Part shown: one piece after another, positions 1 through 10,030 of the stretch
Position numbering within the stretch: position 1 is the stretch's first letter
Layout of the letters: each line of letters begins with the position of its first letter
Assembly (NCBI RefSeq): GCF_000281045.1
Contig: NW_008246078.1
Span: 647,279-667,278 of the forward strand
Length of the DNA stretch: 20,000 nucleotides
Reading direction: 5' to 3'
Origin: Saprolegnia diclina VS20
Taxonomy: Eukaryota
Program-made: the position numbers and the translations under genes
The notes under the pieces: model-generated
Databases searched by the model: none
Told to the model about the DNA's origin: nothing
The model's input: only the letters and a program-made list of their open reading frames with translations

Positions 1-1
1 A

Positions 2-1428
2 ATGGAGCCGCCCATTCGCATGGTATTACCTTTGAATCTGAATTGTCTTGAATGATCTGGTGTTCTAGAGCACGGCGGAGCCGTACATTCGATTGGTTCG
101 GCTTGCGCTCGGGTATGCACGCGACCACACCGAGATGCAAGGAGTACGAGTCTCAAACCTGGTCTCGCAATGCCACAGTTAATGATGTTTACGTAGCCCT
201 TGACGCTGCAAACGCTGATCCCGTCGGCCGAAGCGAAGTCAGCCGAGGTCATCTTTCAGTACATTCAGTGGCTCCGCCTCGAGCGCAAGGCCGCGCCCAA
301 CTACTGCGCCAACATGCTTCGAGCGCTCCTAAAGCTCGCCAAGTACCTCTACGGTCGCGGCAGTAAGCTCGATCCGACGTACGGCGACAAGGCCTTTGAC
401 GATATTCCCGTGATTCGCGAGCTGCGCAAGATGCACAAGACCACGTCGTTGCAGTCGGGCCAGTCGCATCGCGCGGTCGATGAAGAAAAGGTGCGTCGAC
501 CACATCCCACTTTACGGAAAATAGGACGAATTCGACTAGAAATGGCTCGCGTGGCCCGACTTTTTGGGTGTTGTCGAGGCGCTCAAGCTCGAATGCAAGG
601 AGACCACCGAGAACGACAAGCCGCGCACCAAGTCGGTTTATATGATTTTATGACATTATTGCTGTCACAAAGACGATTTTGACGCGTGGTGTAGGTATGC
701 GATTGCACAGAGCTATCAAAAGTGCGTCATGCTGGGCATTTTCTCGGGCATTCCGGACCGTCAGCGCACGCTGCGCGAGATTGAGATTGGCCGAACGCTG
801 CATCAAAATGCGACCGGGCAGTGGATCATCACGCATGGCCCGGACGACTACAAGACGGGCAAAGCGTATGGCGAGCGTCCGCCGCTGGTATGGTGCTTCT
901 TGTATATTTTTGTCCATACGGGCGATTTCATGGAATATGTCGTAGGTCATTCCCGACCATATTGTGCCCTATTTGAACGAGTTTTTGACCACGTGGCGCA
1001 AGGAGCTGAATCCCGTGGATAGCCACAACTTTTTGTTTTGCAACACCAAGGGCGAACAAGCGACGGCCGACTTTATCTACCGCACGTTTACACGCGCCAT
1101 TTACCGTGTACGACATTTTGTTTTGCGTGATTCGGTATGGATTTGTGACACGTTAGCACACGGGCAAGAAGACCAACCCGCACTTGCTCCGCGACAGCAT
1201 CGTGACCTACTTGCGCGGCCAGAGCTCGGCGACCGAGAAGGACCTGGAAGCCCTCGCCATCTACATGGGCCATAGGTATTTATCATGGGATTTGTGGTGG
1301 TATTTTACGTCTATTTTCCTAGTTTGCACATGCAAAAGAGCTCGTACGATCGTCGCACCAAGTCGCAAAAGGTCGCGCCCGCGATCGAGCTCATTCAGTC
1401 CATCAAGCCGGCCATTTTGAAAAAATAA
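2..1428 (+). CDS. Intron-rich tyrosine recombinase / phage-integrase-like (DNA breaking-rejoining) protein; 8 exons, ~353 aa within the window, may extend upstream
   Basis: Exons 2-22, 69-143, 197-490, 540-631, 695-887, 946-1107, 1157-1275 and 1323-1428 are joined by seven GT-AG introns (46, 53, 49, 63, 58, 49, 47 nt) into one stop-free frame. Motifs appear in canonical order: PDRQRTLREI (R, 759-761), DDYKTG (K, 852-854), TNPHLLRDSIVT (HxxR, 1181-1192), LAIYMGHS (H, 1271-1273), QKSSYDRR (Y, 1345-1347). The N-terminal part is helical-looking (YIQWLRLERKAAPNYCANMLRALLKLAKYLY), like an integrase core-binding domain. Confidence 0.85.
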
Positions 1429-1475
1429 AGAGCAAAAATGACATGGATTCACCTTGTGCATGCTCGTGTCGACGT

Positions 1476-1493
1476 CTTGTGGGCGCCCACAAG
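1476..1493. repeat. Perfect 18-bp palindrome CTTGTGGGCGCCCACAAG
   Basis: CTTGTGGGC is followed directly by its reverse complement GCCCACAAG, starting 48 bp after the recombinase stop codon. Confidence 0.9.
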
Positions 1494-2180
1494 GAATATT
1501 TCAAAGATATTTCGTCTTTGTTGGTTGTCGTTGAAGCGTGTGAATGGCTCGCGGTATCCTGAATAGCAAAGCTTGCTTGCGTGTCGTGCAATTGCGATCT
1601 GAGATGCGACGAACCGAATTGGTTGGGAATTGGATTCCGAGCGGAATGGAATTTTTAACAAAATTTACGGACTCAATCGTGGCGACTGTCGAACTCTAAT
1701 AGCCTCGATGATAGCAGCAGACTACAACTAGTCTAGTCTTAGGCTACCACGAAATGGCGCTTATTGGTTGACCCAATTTCGCATAGAGATGGTCCTATCA
1801 AACGGCCGGTGTACTGGAGAATCAATCTGGGCCACCTTCATCAAGACACAAATGACATGCGTTTCGTCGCTCGACGAGCCATCTCAGCTCGCTCTTCCTC
1901 TCGCTGGCTACCAGAATTAAATAATTAGTCGGCAAGGAGCCAATGTAGTGATGTCAACGCCCCTTATACAATCCAGCAAGTTGGCGTCTTTTGAAATTGC
2001 TTTTTGCATTTTATTATCAACCCATCCAACGGTCAACTACAGTGTAGACGACGGCCATGCTTGATACCATCGGTATACAAACGCCAAGGCATTTGCACCG
2101 GCCCTCGCATCGACCGCACCGCGTCACCCGACGACGGCCAAGATGACCGTATCCGAGTAGCCATCTTAAGCTGGCGCGCG

Positions 2181-2224
2181 TTTGATTGGCCAAAACTGAG
2201 CGCGTCCTCGCATTTGATTGGCGG
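2181..2224. promoter_or_regulatory. Tandem CCAAT boxes (TTTGATTGGC x2) upstream of the small ORF
   Basis: TTTGATTGGC at 2181-2190 and 2213-2222, followed by an INR-like GCCATTTCC at ~2256 and an ATG at 2286. Confidence 0.6.
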
Positions 2225-2285
2225 AATGAACCACGCTGGGTTTTTCAAGCTGGTTGCCATTTCCCTACTGCCCCGACCGAGCCCA

Positions 2286-2618
2286 ATGATCTCGATCCGC
2301 CCGACCGCCATCGCCCACATCTCGCAGCTGCTCGCGACCGCCATGGACGACGCCGAGACCGCGCTGCATGGCTCCATGGACCCGCTCCGCGACATGGCGC
2401 TCTTCCGCCACCGCCTGCATGCCATCAACTCGTACATGATGGACGCGGTCAAGGCCGCCAAGAACCGCCCGTCGGACGAGGCCAACATGTACATGACAAT
2501 CGAGTTCCTCCACGAGATGCAGACCAAGCTCGCGCAGGCCGAAGCCATCGAGCACCAGTTCACGCAGCTCGTCGAGACGCGGCCACACACCGCGCTCCTT
2601 AGCGCCCTCGCGACGTAA
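2286..2618 (+). CDS. Hypothetical protein, 110 aa, probably alpha-helical
   Basis: Strong GC3 codon bias from ATG 2286 (MISIRPTAIAHISQLL...) to TAA 2618, matching host genes, with promoter motifs just upstream. The part of ORF 2004..2618 before 2286 lacks coding bias. No family recognised. Confidence 0.75.
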   Translation: MISIRPTAIAHISQLLATAMDDAETALHGSMDPLRDMALFRHRLHAINSYMMDAVKAAKNRPSDEANMYMTIEFLHEMQTKLAQAEAIEHQFTQLVETRPHTALLSALAT

Positions 2619-3216
2619 ACGCTACCCGACCTGCCTGTCTTAACTTAGCGTCGCGTCTGCCTGCATGTCTTGCTATGAAGGACTGAATATACCATTCGAC
2701 CTTGATGATGATGATCCTACGTATGCATTGCTGGGTCTTGCACCGCGATCTCCAGTCGCTGACGCCGCCTCAGTCGCTGGCGTCTCTCAAGGACCTTGAC
2801 AAACTGCGTAGCTTTGCCGCCGACCGCGACGCCTGAAAGGACTTACTGTTGTCCAGTGCCTCTCCCACGGCCACACGCGTCGTAGGGCGACAACAGAAGA
2901 GCCCCTGCGGCGCCGCCTGCGCAACCACGGCCCGGCGAGCGCATGAAGAAGGAGGAGATTGCTAGTTGCTACGTCTGCAAAGTCTACTAACAACAAAGAT
3001 AACGCGAAAGACGACCATGTATATGTATACTGCTGGGTAAGGAAGCTCGTGCGGGGCGATCGCTATGCGACTCACTGGGCGATACGAAACCAAGGTCCAT
3101 CATTGAATACTGATAAGTAAAATACGTTAAACGATTAAGATTACAACCACCCGTCAAGGAACACGAGAGCTCTAGGAGCACGCAGGACAGCGTCGTGTGG
3201 TCGCTGGTCACTCGCG

Positions 3217-5039
3217 CTACTTGATGCACGGGAAAGGCTGGACATGCGGCATGTCGTCCATGAGCTTGAGCGCGTTGAGGTACTGCGTGTTGACATGCAC
3301 CCAGTCCTTCTCAAGTAGCCCTTCGGTCCACGAACCTTGGACTGAGCTCGGGTTGTACTCATACCCGCTCTCGGGGTTGAGGGACCACATGTAGCCACCG
3401 GCGTACCCGGGCGTCTTGAGCATGCGCAGCACATTCTGTGTCACGCGCTGCGTCGTCTTCTTCTCGTGGGCGTCAAGTGTAAAGAGGCCGCCAAATTCGC
3501 CGAGTACGAGCGCGCCGTCCTGGACGTGGCGGAGGTACCCAAACATCTCTTCAGCACTCTGGTTGACCACCTCGGTGAGGGTCGCGTCGTCGTACTCGGT
3601 GTAGCCAACGAGGACATCGCCGTCACGCTTGCCGCCGTTGACCAAGTAGCTCTGTGGGTACACAGAGGGCGAGTAATAGTGCGGTGAGTACACGAGCTTG
3701 TCGGCGACCGCGAGCTGCAGCGGAAATTGGCCTAAATTTCAAAACTCAAAACCAAAAATCAAAACTCAAAAATCAGAAAAAATGAAATAGACAATGTTGT
3801 GCACAAGACGACGTACCCGCCTCCCGAAGACCGCCACCCCACCAGTCGAAAAAGTAGGACGTTTGGCCGGCGACCGTGATGTTGTGCTTGGCCGCATTGC
3901 CTTCGACGAACGCGAGCCAGTTGCTACAGGCGTGCAGCATGCGATTGGCGATCGTGGCGGCGCCCGTGCGAAAGTCCTTGGGGCCGTTGTCCCCCCACGT
4001 GGTACCGTACGGTTCGTTCTTGAGGTCGACGCCAATGACATTCCAATAGGACGCATGGCAAAACGACGACGTAAGGACGTCAATGGCGCGCAAAAACTCA
4101 TCGGATGTCGTCGAGTTGCCATACCACGCATCGCCCTTCTCGGTCGCGTTCAGGTTGTGCACATCGAGGAGGACCGAGATGCCGCGCGACCCGAGCGCTT
4201 GCACGATGCTCCCGATCGTCGAGATGTAGCTGGTGAGGTTGAGCGCGGCGTTCGCGTCTTGGTGGACCATTGCAGCGGTGGGCGGTGTATTCCGCAGCAG
4301 GCTCTGCACGCTGAGCGGCAGTCGCACGCTATTGAATCGGTTCCGGCTCAGAAAGGCCGTGATTTCGTACTAAGGTCATCGAATGCAATTCTCGAAACGT
4401 TGATGAGGGTGGCGCGTACCAGCGTCGTGCCGTTCTGGTCGTTGGTCCAGAGACCGAACGGGATGTTGTTGATGGTTTCCATACCAAACCAGTTGATGCC
4501 CTTGATCGAGATGGGTAATTCCGACTTGTCAGCCCCCACGACAAAGATTTGTCCTTTCTTCGAGACGTAATTGGGGAGCTGGCAGCCTAGTTGGTAGTAT
4601 TGTTGAGACGACGGACGCCATATTCGAAGCGTACCTTGGTTGCTGTACGATAGCGGGTTGCGGTCCTCGTCCGGCGCCCACACGCTGCCGTCTTGGATTT
4701 TGCCGATCGAATAGACTTGACGCGTCGGTGCGGGTGTTGGCGCGATCGTTGCGATTGAACTCTTGTCTTTGCCGGTTCCCAGCGCGCTGTCGCTGGACGT
4801 GCCGCCGTACTGCCACACGAGAACGGTCACGACAGTACCGATGAGCACAAGCGCCGCGGCAGCCAAAATGGCAATCTTCCGGCGGCGCTACACATCAGAA
4901 CGTTGACCACCGGCTATTATAGAGGAAACATGCGTACGTGGGTGGGCGGTGCATCGTGTAGAAGCGGCGGCTCGGCGTGCAGAATGGTCGCGTTCGTCGG
5001 CGTCACCGCTTCGTGGGCGTACTTTGGTGTCGCACTCAT
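3217..5039 (-). CDS. Glycoside hydrolase family 5 (cellulase/endoglucanase), type II membrane-anchored, ~529 aa, 5 exons
   Basis: Exons 5039-4938, 4887-4635, 4586-4420, 4369-3817 and 3731-3217 with GTAC..AG introns. Motifs: IKGINWFGMET, FNSVRLP, LLDVH, DLKNEP (acid/base Glu), VYSPHYY, VLGEFGG (nucleophile Glu), WSLNPES. The N-terminal RRRK is followed by the hydrophobic segment IAILAAAALVLIGTVVTVLVW. Confidence 0.92.
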
Positions 5040-5989
5040 TGAGCTCTCGACTTCAAAAGTTGAAATGCCAACACGAATTCGCGAAACAGCTTTTGCAATC
5101 CAACTGCAAGTGGCCAAAGAAACCACCACCCTATCCGACCCGGCACCCGAACCAGGTCACCACCACGTGAGTCACGGGGTGTATGTCCCTTCTGCCATCG
5201 CGAGCCAGGTCCACGATCAGACACTCCCACACTATTGGGAACGTGCGCGGGATGAAGCTGACGCGTCGACGTCGTTCGGTGCCGTCTACGTCTTGTGCAC
5301 GTCGTCTAGACGTAAGGCTGCAGCGCACGACGAAGAGCTTCAGAATATATTGGTATTATAATCGCAAACAGATGGACCATGTGTTGCCGCAACATCTGCT
5401 GGCGGTTGCTGGAGGCGATGTGTATGGACGACATGCCTTCCTACAGCGAGGGCATAAGATAGGATGGATCCCATGGCAGGGCCAAGATACCCTGGAAACA
5501 ATCCAGCCAATCCACCCACCCATCAGCTGCGCAAAACTCAACACATCGGACCGAGAATTGTAAAAACGAAACTCTCATTTCGATGACGGTCATGAGGAGA
5601 CGTCGGGGGAGAAGGAGTTGTGCAGAATGAATTATAGGTGTCAATGATGCGCGGGGATAACTACCAGTGTGGTGCCATTGCGAGAAATGTGGGGTATGCC
5701 GTCAACAAGGGATATATAAATTTTATTCCATTGGCCGCCAAGGTTGTGGCGACGACCCGGGGTACGCCCATCGTGTTCAGCAACGTCGCGCAGAGTGTCC
5801 TCATAACACCTTCAAGAAGCTTGGAAGCCATCATTTATGCGGATAAATTTTCGAGGCCAATCCATTCCACCGCGCTCGGGTGGGATAGGAGCCAAATATT
5901 AGCGCAAATAAGAACTGATTTTGCGTCGACATAGTGAAGGGCTTTTCGTGGGTCAGAATCGAGAGAACGACGCCAGCACCGAAGCTTTT

Positions 5990-7020
5990 CTACGCATCTT
6001 CTTCCTTGTCGTCCTCCTCGGCCACTTCCTTTGTCTTTTCCTCGGTCGACGGCTTCTTCAACGACTCCTTCTTCGTGCCCGTGACCGGCGGCGGGTCCAA
6101 GATCGAGCGCACGTTAAACTTGCGGAACTGGTGAAAGTTGGTGACGACGCTCACACCGCACACGTTCTAATGGCGAGATTCGTTTCACTTTGAGTTTGCC
6201 CTTTGAGTTTGCACTTTGGGGTACCTTGAAGATTTCAATCAAAATGACCACGTCGGGAGTTGTGAGGTTGACCTTGTGCGCCGGCCCGACGACGGCGACG
6301 CACGCGTTGATGATGTCCATGGACGCAATGTTGCCCGAGTTGCGCTTCTTGACTTCGACCGAGAACGTAAGGTCCTTGGTGTCCTTGAAATGGCGCTCAA
6401 TGTACGGCGTGACCGCCTCCGTGATCTCGGTGATGTCCGGGAAGCACAGGTTTTCCAGCGGAATCACGCGCTGGATGAAGCGCGACGAAAACTGCTTGGT
6501 GGCCTCGATCTCTTCAAAGATGTGGTTGACGAGAGCCACGACCGGGATCTTCTTGTCCGCGATCTGGATCATAATGATGCCCTTCACGCCCTAGACGCGC
6601 CACAATCAGATATGATAGACACAGAAACCGCGTTGATTGTACCGAGTCGAGCGCAATGAAGCGGCCCTTGTCCTTCTTGAGGCCCTTGATTTCCTCCGCG
6701 AGCTTCTCGGCCGACGTCTTCGAGTCGTCGTCCGCGTCGTCGTCATCGTCATCGTTCTCGTCGAGATCCTTGGGGTAGTGCTTATCGGCCGTGTCGTTGA
6801 GGATGTTGAGGATGTCCTTGACGACCTGGCGCTCCTTGGTGCGGTCGCAGGTCACGAGAATGCCGGCAAAGCCTTTCGCCGTCGACGCCACGTTGCGCTT
6901 CTTCTACAAGGCCATATACGATCTTAGTGCTACGAATGCAATACGATAGGAGCGTACGTAAACCGGCGGCTGCCACGCAGCCTTGCGCTTCGTGCCCGTC
7001 TTGGCCTCGGTCGTGCTCAT
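5990..7020 (-). CDS. THUMPD1: THUMP domain-containing protein (THUMPD1/Tan1-like tRNA acetylation adaptor), ~288 aa, 4 exons
   Basis: Exons 7020-6958, 6903-6643, 6590-6225 and 6166-5990. Motifs: GILVTC, acidic linker, RFIQRVIP, TFSVEVKKRN, HKVNLTTPDVVILIEIFKNVCGVSVV, FRKFNV. Confidence 0.88.
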
Positions 7021-7601
7021 GCTGCAACAATCGGTGTTTGGTTGGTCCCAATCTTCATGTGTATAAAACAGCCTGCGTTTCCAACACCACACTCACGTCT
7101 GATTGGCCCTATGTGCGGCCGCGCTGGTTTCATACGGTTTAAAACGCAATACAGATCGTGGATTGGTCCAAATAGCTGGGTTGTTTTCAACTTGTGTTTT
7201 ATTCACCGTGACAGTCCCAGATCGGTCGAACGCAATCGCTCGACCGCTGCTCCTTCTGGGCACTGCCAGACAGCGTCGAGGCCGCCAAAGCAACCTGCTG
7301 GCTAGTCAACAGTCCGTCCTTGTGTGAAACCTATGGGCTAAATCCAGTCGACGTAACGGGCCGACGAACTATACTGAAGCCAAGAGACGTTCAACCGGCT
7401 CGGCAAGTGGCTCCGTTAAAGTGCGATTGACCCATCGCTAGTCATTTGCAGTTTTGACTGCATTAAGTGCGGGTGGGCCGGCGCACTTGCGCGCGCGTGT
7501 TTATGGGAGGTGCTACAAACGAGGGTTTACGTGTTCTAGTATCGAAACGACTGGTGCAAACTGGGAAATCAGCTTCAGTCAGTAAGTTTCGAAGACCCAA
7601 G

Positions 7602-7853
7602 ATGAGCCGCCCCCAAGCTGCCTTGACCACGTGGTGGAAGAAGTACGCGCCCGAGACGGGCCGCGTCGTGCGCACGCTCTCGCCGTACGAGCAGCGCCCG
7701 GTTGACTATCTGATCAAGTCGGCGCCGCAGAAGGCCCTTCGCAAGGTCCAGGAAAACGCGCTTGTGCTCGTCCCTTCGTTCTTCTTGCTCTGGGGCACTG
7801 TCGCCTGGGCCAAGGGCGAGAACGACCGCTACCACCGCACCCACTGGGCTTAA
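7602..7853 (+). CDS. QCR8: Cytochrome b-c1 complex subunit 8 (QCR8/UQCRQ-like), 83 aa
   Basis: Small basic protein with the TLSPYEQ motif and one C-terminal hydrophobic helix (LVLVPSFFLLWGTVAWA). Codon bias is strong from ATG 7602. Confidence 0.75.
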   Translation: MSRPQAALTTWWKKYAPETGRVVRTLSPYEQRPVDYLIKSAPQKALRKVQENALVLVPSFFLLWGTVAWAKGENDRYHRTHWA

Positions 7854-9031
7854 ATAACGCGCGGCGATATCCTCAATTCATAGAATGTATTACCGTGGCC
7901 TGCGTCCTTCGTCTCGTGATGACCACTTGCATCGCTGGCCGCGACAGGAAGGCCATCTTGCTCAGCAGTGTGCAGAGGCCTGTATGGCGAGACCTGATTG
8001 CTACGGCCGAATGAGAGCGGCCCACTTGCGAGCACGCCAAGACCGTCTGACAGGCGACACCCTGGGCCGTACTCTGCTGGCGCACACATCATTCGGGCTG
8101 GAGCTGTTGTAGCCGCTTGAAGACGATGATGACCCGCCCACCGTGATGGCCGAGCTGCCATGCCGCTGCTTGGTAGACGCATGCATCGTGGCGTTGCTGG
8201 GTGATGGGCTGGGAAAGGTTGCGGGCGATCTCGCCGCGAGGAACAATTCACCGTCGTTGAGCTGGATGGCGATACAAACGTCAAGAGCTTTTGTGTGCGA
8301 CACGGCTCGTCGATGTGTGCAGCGCCGAGGTTGCATGACGCAAGTGGTTTTTCCCAAACGCGTCTCAAGTACGGTCGACGTCCCCATATCATGATGCCGC
8401 CTTGTGCAAGCCGTTGGGATCGACATCATTTTTGCACAGCATACCCAACCAAGGATTCCATCCCGAGTGTACATTGGCAAAGGCTACTAAAACAAGTCCT
8501 CGGCTATCACCGCCTGGCCCTGTCGGCAGCCCGAACGGTCGAGGCCAGCGACCAGCGGCTTGCTAGAAAGTACAAATTTCGAACTGAGATTCACGTTGTA
8601 GCGGTAGAGATAGACTGCGACCGCCAGTAGGTAGCTAGCTCCGTGGACCACAAGTTGTCACCAAGGATGCATTCGCGTGCTTAGGGTTGTCGCGAGCGCG
8701 ACGAGGATGCTTGTCGCTGCACGTACTGGCACACTGGAGCGTGCACAAGGACTTAGCTTGGACGGCGAAGACGATTCTGTCACACAAGCAGTGACTGAGC
8801 TCCAGCTCCTACGGCGGTGTCCGTGCGTAGTACCGGTAGCAGCATGCGCTACGTGGACAGCAGTCGCGTGGACACGTTGGACATCGCCTGCCTCGATCTT
8901 GAGACACTCTTGATACGTTCCGGCGGCAATCTTTCGGATACCAAGGCGTATCCGGTGCGCCCGATCCATTTTCCGCATTTCGACTCTCGCAGTACCCACC
9001 GCGCGGCAAGCTGCTTACGCAAAGAAGCCGC

Positions 9032-10030
9032 ATGACCGACCCGTATCCGCGCCCGCCCATGAGCCGCGCCGAGAGCATGGCGCCCCGCTCGATCGAGTCC
9101 AGCTGGAGCAACTCGTCGCTGCGACAGACGCTGCCACGGTCGGCCTCGGCGGTCTCGCTGCCCGTGCAACACGCGTCGTCGCTGCATGCGCCGGCGCACG
9201 TTATGGACCACAAGACCGAAGCGCAGTTTGCGTCCGAGATGAAGCACGCGCTCTCGATCGTCGACAAGTTCTTTGGGCCGTCCGTGCTCCAAGACCACTC
9301 GATTCCGCGCGAACTGCTCATGGAAGCGCAAGGTCTTGTGTTTCTCACGATCTACAAGCTCGGCTTTCTCGTGTCGGGCAAAGGCGGCAAAGGCTTTGTG
9401 ATGGCGCGCACCGCGCACGGCTGGTCGGCGCCTGCGTTCATTGGCAGCGGCGGCATTGGCTTTGGCATGATGGTCGGCGGCGAGGTCGTCAACTACATCA
9501 TCATCCTCAGCTCGCGCGGCGCCGTCAAGACGTTTACGCGCAACGGGCAAGTCCAGTTGGGCTCCGAGCTCGACTTGGCGGTCGGGCCCCTCGGCCGCGC
9601 CGCGGCCGCCAACTTGAACGTCGGGCGTGGCGGCGTCGCCCCCAACTACTCGTACTCGCACTCGATGGGCCTCTATGGCGGCATTGGCCTCGCCGGCGCG
9701 ATCATTGTCTCGCGCAAGTCGTTCAACGACAAGTGTTATGGGTCCCATGTCCGTGTCAAGTCGCTCTTGGCCGGCGAAGTCGCGTGCCCGCTTGCACAGC
9801 CGCTTTGGGAGGCGCTCGATAGCGTCCTCAACATGACGCGCGAGTACCGGAACGGCGTCCCGGTCGTGAACCCCCGTGGCGCCGTGTGCCACGAGTGCGG
9901 CTTTGCCAACAAGACGGGCGCGCGTCAGTGCGAACGCGAAGCATGCCAGGCGCTCTTGGTCTACTCGACGGGCCTGCACTCGGGCAAGCGAACGATCGGG
10001 AAGCTCGTGCTGGCCCCCGGCATGCAGTAG
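9032..10030 (+). CDS. Ysc84/SYLF domain protein (SH3YL1-like lipid/actin-binding) with a C-terminal Cys4 zinc-finger-like motif, 332 aa
   Basis: IPRELLMEAQGLVFLTIYKLGFLVSGKGGKGFVMAR..WSAP..GGIGFGMMVGGE..AVGPLGR..YSYSHSMGLYGGIGLAG is the SYLF signature. CHECGFANKTGARQCEREAC lies near the C-terminus. Confidence 0.9.
   Translation: MTDPYPRPPMSRAESMAPRSIESSWSNSSLRQTLPRSASAVSLPVQHASSLHAPAHVMDHKTEAQFASEMKHALSIVDKFFGPSVLQDHSIPRELLMEAQGLVFLTIYKLGFLVSGKGGKGFVMARTAHGWSAPAFIGSGGIGFGMMVGGEVVNYIIILSSRGAVKTFTRNGQVQLGSELDLAVGPLGRAAAANLNVGRGGVAPNYSYSHSMGLYGGIGLAGAIIVSRKSFNDKCYGSHVRVKSLLAGEVACPLAQPLWEALDSVLNMTREYRNGVPVVNPRGAVCHECGFANKTGARQCEREACQALLVYSTGLHSGKRTIGKLVLAPGMQ

Noticed and set aside
1..2285. DIRS retroelement, prophage or integron interpretation of the recombinase region
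   Set aside because: No RT/RNase H, phage structural genes, cassette array or terminal repeats are visible, and spliceosomal introns argue against bacterial contamination.
3732..3816. A-rich quasi-repeat (AAAACTCAAAACCAAAAATCAAAACTCAAAAATC)
   Set aside because: It is the T-rich tract of a minus-strand GH5 intron, not a telomeric or array repeat.
7854..9031. Several overlapping 70-180 aa ORFs between QCR8 and the SYLF gene
   Set aside because: No consistent frame, codon bias or motif, and no supported gene model could be built.
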